DNA of 52,999 nt. Source: Prevotellaceae bacterium (GTDB taxonomy: Bacteria; Bacteroidota; Bacteroidia; Bacteroidales; Paludibacteraceae). This document shows positions 38,956-47,897 of this stretch, in pieces (position 1 is the stretch's first letter; every line of letters starts with the position of its first letter). The DNA lies in contig JAISJU010000091.1 of the NCBI GenBank assembly GCA_031261165.1, forward strand, positions 1-52,999, read 5' to 3'. Below the pieces are notes generated by a model, which had not been told where the DNA came from, did not search any database, and worked only from the letters and a program-made list of their open reading frames with translations. The position numbers and the translations under genes were made by a program.

Positions 38956-39815
38956 TCTGTCAGTAAATTTGTCCGTTCTACTTCAACGAGTATCTGAATT
39001 AATGCGATAATCGGTAAAATTTCGAGGGTGCAAAGGTACAAAATGAAATACAAATAGGAAACAAATTGACTGCAAAAATATTTTAATATTAGGAAAGATT
39101 TGAACAATGCGAAAATCAGGCATAAAATACCGCCCAAAACAAGAAAAACCGTTATGTTCTCAAATGTGGCATAAACCAAAATTAAATTATTGATATATAG
39201 CAATATGCCGAACATTGAAATGAGTGCAAAATGGCTGTTTCGGAAGTGCATTGCTGTGCTTTGGTTGTTAAAAAACACGAATCCCAGAAATCTCAAAACA
39301 AGGAGTTTTGCAATATAAAAAATGTAAACAATGGCAAAAAACACCAAAACGAGCCGATTGTTTGCTGCCGGATTGGGATAAAAAGTTGCAACGGAAATAT
39401 ACAAAAGGATAGCCAAATTAGCAAAAGCAATAAATGTCAGATAAAGGGTTTGCCTGATGTCTTTCAGCGAAGAATCGGCAAAGAAACTCATACGTTCTTT
39501 GATTTTCAACAGCCCTTTGGTTTGTTCTGTCCAAAATTTTCGGAAACGAATCATATTATAGGCATACACAAAAAAGAGCAGCACAAAAAGCAACGTGAGC
39601 CAACTTTGCGCGTGCAGGGCAAAGGGGTGCGTTTGTCCGTCTTTGCCGTTCAAATGGTGCTTTTCCGTATCTTTGACGGTGTAAAATTTCAAAGACGACT
39701 GCGCCCGCACACTGTCCAACGCCAAAAGCGGATTATCGGCTTCGAGCAGCAGGTAGGGAATTTTTCCTTCGCTTGCAACCGCTGTGGTGTCGATATAGGG
39801 GAAATTTTCAGGCAT
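38937..39815 (-). CDS. Polytopic membrane protein, DUF4271-like
   Basis: Six or more hydrophobic helices follow a soluble N-terminus of about 70 aa. It occupies the conserved position upstream of hemD-like genes in Bacteroidota (from memory). Confidence 0.6.
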   Translation of the reverse strand: MPENFPYIDTTAVASEGKIPYLLLEADNPLLALDSVRAQSSLKFYTVKDTEKHHLNGKDGQTHPFALHAQSWLTLLFVLLFFVYAYNMIRFRKFWTEQTKGLLKIKERMSFFADSSLKDIRQTLYLTFIAFANLAILLYISVATFYPNPAANNRLVLVFFAIVYIFYIAKLLVLRFLGFVFFNNQSTAMHFRNSHFALISMFGILLYINNLILVYATFENITVFLVLGGILCLIFALFKSFLILKYFCSQFVSYLYFILYLCTLEILPIIALIQILVEVERTNLLTEWITKL

Positions 39816-40350
39816 TTTTCAAACTCTTGATAAGCATTTCAACATTATCGGCAATAGTCCATAAATTGCGGTCTTCCTGTTCCATAAATTCTTCTTTCAC
39901 AGCCGTTTCAAACATCTGCAAAAGCGGATTGTAAAAACCGTTGGCGTTCAAAATAAATACACGTTTGGGAAAAAGTCCGAGTTTTCGCCACGTAATCGCC
40001 TCCACCAATTCCTCAAAAGTGCCAATGCCGCCCGGCAACGCCACCGCAGCATCGGCGCGTTGCAGCATCAATTCTTTGCGTTCGTGCATCGTTGCCACCT
40101 CAACCATTTCGGGCAGGGCGCAATGGTGCCAATTCAAATCGACCATAAAACGCGGAATAACGCCCGTGATATGCCCGCCCGCCGACAAAACGCCTTCTGC
40201 CAAATAGCCCATTAAGCCCTGATGTCCGCCACCGTAAATACAATGTATATTATTCTCGGCAAGCATTCTGCCGAAATCGCGGGCGGCGTTGAGGTAATGC
40301 TGCGGCACTCGTGCGCTTGATGCACAATAAACACAAACGGACTGTATCAT
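39808..40350 (-). CDS. LOG-family (TIGR00730) nucleotide phosphoribohydrolase
   Basis: GGGHQGLMG and PGGIGTFEEL motifs; 180 aa. Confidence 0.85.
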   Translation of the reverse strand: MIQSVCVYCASSARVPQHYLNAARDFGRMLAENNIHCIYGGGHQGLMGYLAEGVLSAGGHITGVIPRFMVDLNWHHCALPEMVEVATMHERKELMLQRADAAVALPGGIGTFEELVEAITWRKLGLFPKRVFILNANGFYNPLLQMFETAVKEEFMEQEDRNLWTIADNVEMLIKSLKNA

Positions 40351-40949
40351 TTTGTAAAGAAATAGGTTAGGGCAAATTCGAGGTTGTTGTTGTACTGTGC
40401 CGTTTGGTCATAAAAACCAATCGGGTCAACATTTTCAATTTTGCGGACAGGCAAAATAGAGTACGAAAAACGTGCGCCGAGCCTCAAAGGCAGTTTTGGA
40501 ATATCGTAAGCCACGCCGAAAATGCCCGCGAGTTCAAACCGCCTGTAATCTTCGGTGCGTTCATAACCATAGCCGTCAAAATCCTCTTTGGCATTGATGA
40601 GGAAAGCAAAACCAAGCCCCGCCTCGCCGATAAAATTACTCCAAATGCGATATTGTGCCAACACCGGAACTTGGATATAATTCAGTCGCACTTTGTAGTA
40701 TCTGTCCGTTTCCTGCACTATTTCCCGCGCACCTTTTTGCAGGAATTTAAGTTCCATCGCCAGCGAGAACTTTTCGCTCAATGCCCTATCCACAGACGCG
40801 CCGATAATCAGTCCGGGCTGGTAGTAGCCGCTACATCTGTCGCCATCAATCTGGCTGACTGACACACCTGCGAAAGCCCCGCCGCGAAAGTTTTGAGCGT
40901 TTGCGGCGAGTGCCAAAAGCGCACATATTAATAATGTTAGTTTTTTCAT
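40347..40949 (-). CDS. Outer-membrane beta-barrel (porin-family) protein
   Basis: It has a signal peptide (MKKLTLLICALLALAANAQ), alternating beta-strand patterns and a C-terminal aromatic residue (...LTYFFTK). Confidence 0.7.
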   Translation of the reverse strand: MKKLTLLICALLALAANAQNFRGGAFAGVSVSQIDGDRCSGYYQPGLIIGASVDRALSEKFSLAMELKFLQKGAREIVQETDRYYKVRLNYIQVPVLAQYRIWSNFIGEAGLGFAFLINAKEDFDGYGYERTEDYRRFELAGIFGVAYDIPKLPLRLGARFSYSILPVRKIENVDPIGFYDQTAQYNNNLEFALTYFFTK

Positions 40950-40970
40950 ATTGTTGTAATTTTATTTCTG

Positions 40971-40978
40971 CAAAAGTA
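40971..40978 (-). promoter_or_regulatory. -7 box TACTTTTG upstream of the OMP-LOG-DUF4271-hemD operon
   Basis: It lies 21 nt upstream of the ATG at 40949. Confidence 0.55.
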
Positions 40979-41051
40979 GGCATATACGTTTATAAAAACA
41001 AATAAATTTTCAATAGATACATTGACTATTTACTCATATTTTTTTCTTGCT

Positions 41052-41149
41052 GGATTGTTTCGCTTCGCTCGCAATGACGGTACTAACATTATTCCGTGCG
41101 GCGTACAAACGTTGTGATGCCCGTCATTGCGAGCAAAGCAAAGCAATCC
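41052..41149. repeat. Family B-like variant palindrome (GGATTGTTTCGCTTCGCTCGCAATGACGG)
   Basis: The arms at 41052-41080 and 41121-41149 are imperfect reverse complements. Confidence 0.75.
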
Positions 41150-41165
41150 GGAAAACTTAAATTTA

Positions 41166-42410
41166 TCAATTGGCTTTTTGCAATAATTGCCGTATTTTTT
41201 CTACATTTTCTTTCTGATTTTCAGGTATAACGTCTGCTTTTTCGTATTTATTTAAATCTTCCAAACATTTTTCTGCATAAGAAAGCCCTTCGGTTGGCGT
41301 ATTCAAAAGTTCCGAATAAACTTTTTCTGCATCTTCGTATCTATTTTGAAAAAGCAATGCTGCTGCTAAATTCGTTTTTATCCAAGTTTGCGTACTGTCT
41401 ATACTTAAACCTTTTTGGGCTGATTGTTCGGATTTTTGGTAGTTTTTGGTAAGAATATAATAAAAGGAAAGATTACCATAGGGTTTGGCAAATTCTTTAC
41501 CATTAGGTTTAATCACAGGAATATAAACTATTGAAGATTTTGAAATAAAAGGCTGTCCATTTTTCTTAATTGTTCTATTATCTAATGAATAAGGAGTTTG
41601 ATAAGAAGAAGTTGCGACATTGTGTGGATTTAATCTAATTGCTTGTTCCAAATTCTCAATAGTTTGCAAAATGCTGTCTTGTTTGCCATAAATAGTAGCA
41701 AGATTAATGTAAGCATCTGAAATATACGGATTAATGGTAATTGCTTTACGAAATGTTTCAATCGCTAATTCATTATTCTCCTGCTTTAAATATGCCGTTC
41801 CTAAATTATGATACGCTCTGTAACTATTCGGATTTAAACGAATAGCAGTTTTAAAATGCTCAACAGCCTTTTCATAATCCCCTTTTTCTGTCAATGCCGT
41901 TGCTAAATTTGTGTAATTTGGCTCGATATGAGATTTTGTTATTGATTTTTCAAAAAACATAATAGCATTGTCGTATTCTTTTTGTTTTATATAAAAAATT
42001 CCAATATTGTTATAAGTGCAAATATTATTAGAATTAATGTCTAAATCTAACGCTTTTTGAAATACCTGTGCTGCTTGTGGATAATTTTCCAATTCTGTAT
42101 ATGCTATTCCTAAATTCGCATATGCCATAACATAAGTGGAATCCAATTTTATTGCTGACTGCAAAAATGGAACAGATAACTCAAAAAGTCTTTCTCTGTT
42201 GTAAATATTTCCCGCACTATTATAAGCCTTTGCATAAGTTGGATTTAAATTAATGGCTTTTGTATAATAACTTAATGCTATTGCAAGATTTCCTTTTAAT
42301 TCTTCCTGAACTCCTTTATTCAAAGCCATTTCAGAACGAATAGTCTTGCAACTGCTAAAAGCAATCAGCAGCAAACAACCTATTATAATATGTATAAGAT
42401 ATTTTTTCAT
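41166..42410 (-). CDS. Tetratricopeptide-repeat lipoprotein
   Basis: The lipobox is in MKKYLIHIIIGCLLLIAFSSC. There are many 34-aa TPR units (A..YY..A..LNP....AY.N.G..Y). The ATG at 42408-42410 is 2 nt after the hisF stop. Confidence 0.8.
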   Translation of the reverse strand: MKKYLIHIIIGCLLLIAFSSCKTIRSEMALNKGVQEELKGNLAIALSYYTKAINLNPTYAKAYNSAGNIYNRERLFELSVPFLQSAIKLDSTYVMAYANLGIAYTELENYPQAAQVFQKALDLDINSNNICTYNNIGIFYIKQKEYDNAIMFFEKSITKSHIEPNYTNLATALTEKGDYEKAVEHFKTAIRLNPNSYRAYHNLGTAYLKQENNELAIETFRKAITINPYISDAYINLATIYGKQDSILQTIENLEQAIRLNPHNVATSSYQTPYSLDNRTIKKNGQPFISKSSIVYIPVIKPNGKEFAKPYGNLSFYYILTKNYQKSEQSAQKGLSIDSTQTWIKTNLAAALLFQNRYEDAEKVYSELLNTPTEGLSYAEKCLEDLNKYEKADVIPENQKENVEKIRQLLQKAN

Positions 42411-42412
42411 TC

Positions 42413-43168
42413 TCATTTTCTCACAGCAATTCCTTTTTCGCATAAATATTTTTTCAATTCCTGTATCCCAATTTCCTTAAAATGAAAAATGCTCGCCGCA
42501 AGTGCCGCATCGGCTTTGCCTTCGGTGAAAACATCGCTGAAATGACTCATTGCACCCGCGCCGCCGGAGGCGATGATGGGAATATTCAAACTCTCGGACA
42601 ATGTACGCAGTGCCTCGTTGGCAAAGCCCTGTTTCACGCCATCGTGATTCATACTCGTAAAAAGAATTTCGCCCGCACCGCGTTCCTGCGCCTCTTTTGC
42701 CCACTCGAAAAGTTTTCGCTCGGTAGGAATACGCCCGCCGTTGAGGTAGCAAGTCCATTCGCCGCCATCAAATTTGGCATCAATGGCAACGGTGCAAACC
42801 TGCGAGCCGAAGTTTTGAGCGATTTCGCTTATCAAATCGGGGTTACGCAGTGCTGCGGAATTGACGGACACTTTGTCCGCTCCCGCGCCGAGCAGTTTAT
42901 CCACATCGCGCAACTCGTGTATGCCGCCGCCAACGGTAAAGGGAATGTTGATGTGGCGGGCGATGCGGCGCACAAGGTCGACAAAGGTTTTGCGCCCCTC
43001 GTGCGAGGCGGTGATGTCCAAAAACACAAGTTCGTCTGCACCCTGACGGCTGTATTCCGCACCCAACTCCACAGGGTCGCCCGCCGAGCGCAGGTTCTCA
43101 AAATTGATGCCTTTAACGGTTTGACCGTCTTTGATGTCGAGGCAGGGGATTATTCTTTTGGCAAGCAT
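42413..43168 (-). CDS. hisF: Imidazole glycerol phosphate synthase, cyclase subunit
   Basis: [39 protein letters not shown]...VGGGI... Confidence 0.96.
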   Translation of the reverse strand: MLAKRIIPCLDIKDGQTVKGINFENLRSAGDPVELGAEYSRQGADELVFLDITASHEGRKTFVDLVRRIARHINIPFTVGGGIHELRDVDKLLGAGADKVSVNSAALRNPDLISEIAQNFGSQVCTVAIDAKFDGGEWTCYLNGGRIPTERKLFEWAKEAQERGAGEILFTSMNHDGVKQGFANEALRTLSESLNIPIIASGGAGAMSHFSDVFTEGKADAALAASIFHFKEIGIQELKKYLCEKGIAVRK

Positions 43169-43183
43169 AACAGTTATTTTGTC

Positions 43184-43270
43184 CCTTGCGCCTTTTGCGA
43201 AAATCTTTGCGAACTTTGCGGTTAGATTTTTACCGCAAAGGGTGCAAAGGCTACGCTAAGTTCGCAAAGA
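43184..43270. repeat. Palindromic element built from TTTGCG/CGCAAAG words, lying between hisH and hisF
   Basis: The pairs are tctttgcgaact / agttcgcaaaga and tttgcggt / accgcaaa. Confidence 0.75.
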
Positions 43271-43867
43271 TTAATTGATTAACTCAATGAAATTCTTTAA
43301 TATACGTTCACCCACCGCGCCGCTTTTTTCGGGGTGGAACTGCACGGCATAAAAATTATCGCGTTGCAACGCCGCACTGTACGGCTGTATGTAATCGGTT
43401 GTGGCAATGGTATTTTTGCCTTTTTCTGCAAAAAAACTATGCACATAATAAAAATAGTCTTCTTGCGACACTCCGCTGAAAAGCGCGTTGCCGTTGTGCT
43501 GCACAGTATTCCAACCCATATGCGGCACTTTGTCGGCAGGGTTGTTGGGGACAAACTTTTTCACTCGTTCCTCAAAAATGCCAAGACAATCCACATTACC
43601 CTCTTCGGAGTGTGCGCACATCAGTTGCAAGCCGATGCAGATACCGAAAACCGGTTGCCGCAAATCCACAATCACTTTATCCAAGCCGCTTTGGTGCAGG
43701 TACGCCATTGTGGTACTTGCTTCGCCCACACCGGGGAAAATGACTTTGTCCGCCGCACGGATTTTGTCCGCATCGCCCGTGATTTCCGCCTCTATACCAA
43801 TGCGTTTCAAGCCGTTATCTACCGAAAAGATGTTGCCGGCGTTGTATTTAATGATGACTACGTTCAT
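43271..43867 (-). CDS. hisH: Imidazole glycerol phosphate synthase, glutamine amidotransferase subunit
   Basis: MNVVIIKYNAGNIFSV...FPGVGEAS...PVFGICIGLQLM...HSF...QFHPEKS carries the triad Cys/His/Glu. ATG at 43865-43867. The track extension reads into the promoter and a repeat. Confidence 0.93.
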   Translation of the reverse strand: MNVVIIKYNAGNIFSVDNGLKRIGIEAEITGDADKIRAADKVIFPGVGEASTTMAYLHQSGLDKVIVDLRQPVFGICIGLQLMCAHSEEGNVDCLGIFEERVKKFVPNNPADKVPHMGWNTVQHNGNALFSGVSQEDYFYYVHSFFAEKGKNTIATTDYIQPYSAALQRDNFYAVQFHPEKSGAVGERILKNFIELIN

Positions 43868-43884
43868 TTTATTTTTTTGATTTG

Positions 43885-43892
43885 CAAAGATA
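43885..43892 (-). promoter_or_regulatory. -7 box TATCTTTG upstream of hisH
   Basis: It lies 17 nt upstream of the ATG at 43867. Confidence 0.6.
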
Positions 43893-43902
43893 CTGTTTTT
43901 TG

Positions 43903-43989
43903 GCACACGGATAACACAGATTAGACGGATTTTCACGGATTTCTATAAAAAATCCGTGTTTATCCGTCTAATCCGTGTTATCCGTGTGC
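43903..43989. repeat. Palindromic element built from ACGGAT/ATCCGT words
   Basis: gcacacggataacacagattagacggattttcacggatt ... aatccgtgtttatccgtctaatccgtgttatccgtgtgc. Confidence 0.85.
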
Positions 43990-44000
43990 TAAAAAACGTG

Positions 44001-45299
44001 CTATTCTTCGTTGAAACTGCAAGCAAATGCCTTTTGGATTTTTTCTACATAATCCAATTTTTCCCAAGTGAAAAGTTCCACTTCTTTTTCAATCGTGCCT
44101 GCGTAGGGCGATTTGAATGTTTTTTTCACCGTTTGCGGCTCTTTGCCGAAGTGTCCGTAGGCTGCCGTTTCCGAGTAAATCGGGTTGCGCAGTTTCAAGC
44201 GGTCTTCTATCGCTTTGGGGCGCAGGTCGAAGAGGCGTTCCACCGTTTCGGCAATTTCACCGTCAGAGAGCGACACTTTCGCTTTGCCGTAGGTATTCAC
44301 ATACACGTTCATCGGTTTTGCCACGCCGATAGCGTAGGACACTTGTACCAGCACTTCGTTTGAAACGCCTGCTGCCACAAGGTTTTTGGCAATATGGCGA
44401 GCCGCATAAGCCGCACTTCTATCCACTTTCGAGGGGTCTTTGCCCGAGAACGCGCCGCCGCCGTGTGCGCCTTTGCCGCCGTAGGTATCCACGATGATTT
44501 TTCTGCCTGTCAAGCCGGTGTCGCCGTGCGGTCCGCCAATCACGAATTTGCCGGTCGGATTAACGTGCAAAATCAGGTATTTGTCGAACAAATCGGCAAG
44601 ACGTTTGGGCAATTTTGCTACCACGCGCGGAATTAAAATATTCTGCACATCGTCTTTGATTTTTGCCAACATTTCCGTATCGGCTTGGTCTTGCGACTTG
44701 CCTGCGGCGGATTGCACAAAATCATCGTGCTGTGTGGAAATCACAATGGTGTGAATGCGTTTCGGGTCGCCGAAATCGCTGTACTCAATCGTAACTTGCG
44801 ATTTGGAGTCGGGGCGCAAGTAGGTCATAACCTTTCCTTCGCGGCGAATATCGGCAAGTTCCGTGAGCAGCAAGTGCGACAAATCCAACGAAAGCGGCAT
44901 ATAATTGTCCGTTTCGCCGGTGGCGTAACCGAACATCATACCTTGGTCGCCCGCACCCTGATTGTAGGGGTCTTCGCGTTCCACACCGCGATTGATGTCC
45001 GCCGATTGCTCGTGCAATGCCGAGAAAATACCGCAGGAATCGCCGTCAAATTTGTACTCGGCTTTGGTGTAGCCGATGCGGTTTATCACGCGGCGCGGCA
45101 CGTCCTGCACATCAACGTATGCTGTTGATTTTACTTCGCCTGCCAAAACGACTTGACCGGTGGTTACAAGCGTTTCGCAAGCCACTTTTGAATTGGAATC
45201 GAATGCCAAAAACTCATCGAGAATGGCATCTGAAATCTGGTCGGCAACCTTGTCGGGATGCCCTTCCGAAACGGATTCGGAGGTAAATAAATAAGCCAT
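44001..45299 (-). CDS. metK: S-adenosylmethionine synthase
   Basis: [28 protein letters not shown]...[12 protein letters not shown]...[19 protein letters not shown]. Confidence 0.97.
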   Translation of the reverse strand: MAYLFTSESVSEGHPDKVADQISDAILDEFLAFDSNSKVACETLVTTGQVVLAGEVKSTAYVDVQDVPRRVINRIGYTKAEYKFDGDSCGIFSALHEQSADINRGVEREDPYNQGAGDQGMMFGYATGETDNYMPLSLDLSHLLLTELADIRREGKVMTYLRPDSKSQVTIEYSDFGDPKRIHTIVISTQHDDFVQSAAGKSQDQADTEMLAKIKDDVQNILIPRVVAKLPKRLADLFDKYLILHVNPTGKFVIGGPHGDTGLTGRKIIVDTYGGKGAHGGGAFSGKDPSKVDRSAAYAARHIAKNLVAAGVSNEVLVQVSYAIGVAKPMNVYVNTYGKAKVSLSDGEIAETVERLFDLRPKAIEDRLKLRNPIYSETAAYGHFGKEPQTVKKTFKSPYAGTIEKEVELFTWEKLDYVEKIQKAFACSFNEE

Positions 45300-45351
45300 A
45301 ATTTTTTAGATATTTAGATGTTAGACAATTAGATATTAGAGTTTAGACTTG

Positions 45352-45456
45352 CCTCAGGTCGCTGACCTGAGGTTATGAAAATTCGACCTTTCAGGTCGTG
45401 CGTGGTCTGAAAGACCTGATTTTCATAACCGTATGTAAGCGTAGCGCAGCATACGG
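45352..45456. repeat. Family D-like composite of hairpins in the metK leader
   Basis: The components are cctcaggtcgctgacctgagg; ggttatgaaaat...attttcataacc enclosing cgacctttcaggtcg and ggtctgaaagacc; and ccgtatgtaagcgtagcgcagcatacgg. Confidence 0.8.
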
Positions 45457-45567
45457 CTTTGTATGTGTAGGGATTATGGCTTATCAGCAAAGGGGAAAGG
45501 AAATGTATTTTTAGCATTTTTTTTCGTGGTTGCAAGCGAGCCAAATTTATCCACTTCAAATTTTCTG

Positions 45568-45575
45568 CAAAGGTA
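45568..45575 (-). promoter_or_regulatory. -7 box TACCTTTG, candidate metK promoter with a leader of about 265 nt
   Basis: It is the only TAnnTTTG box I see between the upstream gene stop (45616) and the metK ATG (45299). There is no clear -33 TTTG. Confidence 0.4.
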
Positions 45576-45615
45576 GGGCATTTTTTTGAATACTGCAAGA
45601 AAAAAACGAAAAATT

Positions 45616-46257
45616 TTAATTTTTCTCGCGCAATTTTATTACCACTACGCCGCAAGCCCCCTCTGAGCCGAAGATTGCGCCCGAAGGTCCTTTTACCACT
45701 TCCACTGTTTCAACGTCCCACACAGTGAGGTAGGAGGCATCGTAAGAATGTACGCCGTTGATAACGAAAAGCGGTGTGTTTCGCCCGCGAATAGAGGTAA
45801 AACCGCGAATAAGCAGGTTGCCGTTGGTATATTGCACACCGGTAACTTTGGTGCTGATTGCTTGCAGCAGATTGGTTTCGCCGCCTTGTTCCAACTCTTT
45901 GCGCGAAAGAATTGTGCCGCCATATTGCGGTTGCAGCACTTCGATTTTGTCGCGCTCAATGAAAATGGAATCGTTGCGCAGGGTGATTTTGAATTGGTTG
46001 TCGCCGTTGAGGGCGATTGCGAGCGTTTTTGCCGAGTCGAGGGCTACGATGAGCGTATCGCGGTCGGGCAGCACGTTGCGGATACGGAAATTGCCGCGTT
46101 TGTCTGTTGTGGTCGTTTTGCCCGAAACGGAAGTTTTGACGGTCATTTTTTGGGCGGGTTGGTCGCCGTTCAAAATTTGACCCTCTACAAAAATATCTCT
46201 TGCTGTTGCAGAAAAAGAAATGGCGGCTAACAAAAATATAAGTATTAGATTTTTCAT
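45616..46257 (-). CDS. Small secreted protein with CarbopepD_reg-like and TonB-plug-like segments
   Basis: It has a signal peptide, then FVEGQILNG...TDKRGNFRIRNV, then plug-like LLQAISTKVTGVQ...IRG..S......PLFVINGV......L...DVETVEVVKGPSGAIFGSEGACGVVVI. Confidence 0.6.
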   Translation of the reverse strand: MKNLILIFLLAAISFSATARDIFVEGQILNGDQPAQKMTVKTSVSGKTTTTDKRGNFRIRNVLPDRDTLIVALDSAKTLAIALNGDNQFKITLRNDSIFIERDKIEVLQPQYGGTILSRKELEQGGETNLLQAISTKVTGVQYTNGNLLIRGFTSIRGRNTPLFVINGVHSYDASYLTVWDVETVEVVKGPSGAIFGSEGACGVVVIKLREKN

Positions 46258-46280
46258 AGCATTACATTAAGATTATGAGG

Positions 46281-46288
46281 CAAAGATA
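46281..46288 (-). promoter_or_regulatory. -7 box TATCTTTG upstream of the plug-domain gene
   Basis: It lies 23 nt upstream of the ATG at 46257. Confidence 0.55.
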
Positions 46289-46383
46289 AACAAAAATGAC
46301 GACAAAAAGAATATTTTACATACTATTGTGAATTTGAAATATTTGTTTTATTTTTGCAAAGAAATAATTTAAACTTTACTACT

Positions 46384-46857
46384 ATGAAAAATCTACATTA
46401 TTTATTAGTTGTGCTTTTTGCGGGAATGATGTTTGTTTCCTGCGAGAAATCTAAAAAAAACAATGGTAATCCGATTACTTCAGAATTTTGGGTATCGGTA
46501 GATAACTTGCCTGTGAGGAATTTCAAACAGGATACGGTTTATGTTATAAATAATGACGGTGAATACCTGCAACACCCTTATTTTATGCTATCTTCTACCT
46601 ATAATGTTGATTTTGCAACACAAAGCATTTTGGTTAATTATTTTGCAGGTTGTATGTTTTGCGATGTTAAATCTACTTTTGACAACAAAAACGGCTATCA
46701 TTGGAATGTTGTTTATTCCGCCAACAAAGATATTATGTGTGTCAGGGCAATGGATTTTATGGTGTATAAAATTGTGCCTAAAATTCCTACAAATACACGT
46801 ATAGAACTGAATGCGGTTCTTGTTCCCTGCACAGACGCCAAAACAGTTTCTGAATAA
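46384..46857 (+). CDS. Lipoprotein of unknown function
   Basis: MKNLHYLLVVLFAGMMFVSC contains the lipobox. The ATG at 46384 is 28 nt downstream of a TATTTTTG box. The track start at 46354 is a TTG inside that box. Confidence 0.6.
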   Translation: MKNLHYLLVVLFAGMMFVSCEKSKKNNGNPITSEFWVSVDNLPVRNFKQDTVYVINNDGEYLQHPYFMLSSTYNVDFATQSILVNYFAGCMFCDVKSTFDNKNGYHWNVVYSANKDIMCVRAMDFMVYKIVPKIPTNTRIELNAVLVPCTDAKTVSE

Positions 46858-46865
46858 ATAAACTA

Positions 46866-46990
46866 TTTTCAGAATTTCCCTTAGTAGTCAAAATGTTGAT
46901 ACAATATACCCTTATTCCCTTATTAAATTACTGTAATAAGGGAATAAGGGTTTGATAAAAGAAAACTTGCTACTAAGGGAAATTCTGAAA
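46866..46990. repeat. Palindromic element with 22-bp arms between convergent genes
   Basis: The arms are ttttcagaatttcccttagtag ... ctactaagggaaattctgaaaa. The inner pair is cccttattcccttatta / taataagggaataaggg. Confidence 0.88.
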
Positions 46991-46997
46991 ATAAGGT

Positions 46998-47423
46998 TTA
47001 TTTATTCTTCAAAATATCCCGAATTTCGGTCAATAAAACCTCTTCTTTCGAGGGTGCAGGCGGTGCGGCAGGTGTTTCGTTTTCTTGTTTTTCCATTCGT
47101 TTTTTCAGCGTATTAATGCCTTTCACAAAAAGAAAAATGCAGAATGCCACAATGATAAAATCGAAAGTTACCTGCAAAAAGTTGCCATAGTTGAGCGTAA
47201 CCGCCGCTTGTTCCACGCCATCAACCACGCGGGCATCGCGCATCACAAACTTCAAATCCGTGAAATTCACACCACCGACCAGCAAACCGATGGGCGGCAT
47301 AATCACGTCTGCCACGAATGACGACACAATTTTGCCGAACGCGCCGCCGATAATCACACCGACAGCCATATCAATTACGTTGCCTTTCACGGCAAATTCT
47401 TTGAACTCTTTTATAAAACTCAT
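46998..47423 (-). CDS. mscL: Large-conductance mechanosensitive channel
   Basis: [46 protein letters not shown]... Confidence 0.95.
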   Translation of the reverse strand: MSFIKEFKEFAVKGNVIDMAVGVIIGGAFGKIVSSFVADVIMPPIGLLVGGVNFTDLKFVMRDARVVDGVEQAAVTLNYGNFLQVTFDFIIVAFCIFLFVKGINTLKKRMEKQENETPAAPPAPSKEEVLLTEIRDILKNK

Positions 47424-47487
47424 AATGTTAGGCTTTTAGATATTAGTTTTTTAGATTTTAGACTATGGACTCAAAAAAAATTTGCAA

Positions 47488-47495
47488 CAAAGTTA
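47488..47495 (-). promoter_or_regulatory. -7 box TAACTTTG upstream of mscL
   Basis: It lies 64 nt upstream of the ATG at 47423. Confidence 0.45.
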
Positions 47496-47527
47496 CGGAT
47501 AAAATATTTTATTCCAAAAAAAATAGG

Positions 47528-47535
47528 TAATTTTG
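47528..47535 (+). promoter_or_regulatory. -7 box TAATTTTG upstream of micro-lipoprotein 1
   Basis: It lies 21 nt upstream of the ATG at 47557. Confidence 0.5.
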
Positions 47536-47556
47536 TAACTTTAAAATAACAAAAAT

Positions 47557-47685
47557 ATGAAAACAGCAAAAATCATAGTGGTAGCAGCCCTTGCGGTGCT
47601 GTTGAGCGCGTGCAGCACCTCGAAAGGTTGCGGTTGCCTTTCTATGGAAACGGCAGTAAAAGCAGTTATTGAACTTGTAAAATAA
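47557..47685 (+). CDS. Micro-lipoprotein, 42 aa (MKTAKIIVVAALAVLLSACSTSKGCGCLSMETAVKAVIELVK)
   Basis: It is below the ORF-track cut-off. It has a signal peptide and lipobox (LLSAC). A TAATTTTG box lies 21 nt upstream. A paralogous copy follows. Confidence 0.55.
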   Translation: MKTAKIIVVAALAVLLSACSTSKGCGCLSMETAVKAVIELVK

Positions 47686-47689
47686 ACAA

Positions 47690-47718
47690 GGGGATTGCGG
47701 GTCAAGCCCGCAATGACA
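47690..47718. repeat. Family B single arm (GGGGATTGCGGGTCAAGCCCGCAATGACA)
   Basis: It is identical to the left arm of the miaA copy. It starts 5 nt after the stop of micro-lipoprotein 1. Confidence 0.9.
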
Positions 47719-47738
47719 CCCATAATTAAATGTATAAG

Positions 47739-47861
47739 ATGAAAAAAATGAAATGGTTGGCGGTGGCTTTTGTCTGCATTCTGCTGCTCGGCTCGTGCAA
47801 AACGCAACACAAACCGGGCTGTCTTTCACTGAATGCGATAGTGGAAATGGTCAAAAGATAG
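47739..47861 (+). CDS. Micro-lipoprotein paralogue, 40 aa (MKKMKWLAVAFVCILLLGSCKTQHKPGCLSLNAIVEMVKR)
   Basis: It has the same architecture as 47557-47685: a lipobox (LLGSC), then K-x-GC-LS-x-x-x-x-V-x-x-V-K. Confidence 0.5.
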   Translation: MKKMKWLAVAFVCILLLGSCKTQHKPGCLSLNAIVEMVKR

Positions 47862-47866
47862 CAATA

Positions 47867-47895
47867 GGGGATTGCGGGGCAAACCCACAATGACA
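47867..47895. repeat. Family B single arm, diverged
   Basis: ggggattgcggggcaaacccacaatgaca. It lies between the micro-lipoprotein 2 stop and the miaA ATG. Confidence 0.85.
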
Positions 47896-47897
47896 GT

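Noticed and set aside
38038-38997. 319-aa plus-strand ORF
   Set aside because: It is antisense to the uroporphyrinogen-III synthase-like gene, which has the recognisable family sequence and operon context.
45300-45615. SAM-I (S-box) riboswitch in the metK leader
   Set aside because: I could not find the conserved S-box core helices or sequence on the minus strand. The similar-looking 'cttatcagcaaagg' is on the wrong strand. This needs an Infernal scan before any claim.
45329-45655. 108-aa minus-strand ORF upstream of metK
   Set aside because: It reads through the repeat hairpins and the candidate metK promoter. It has no credible start context.
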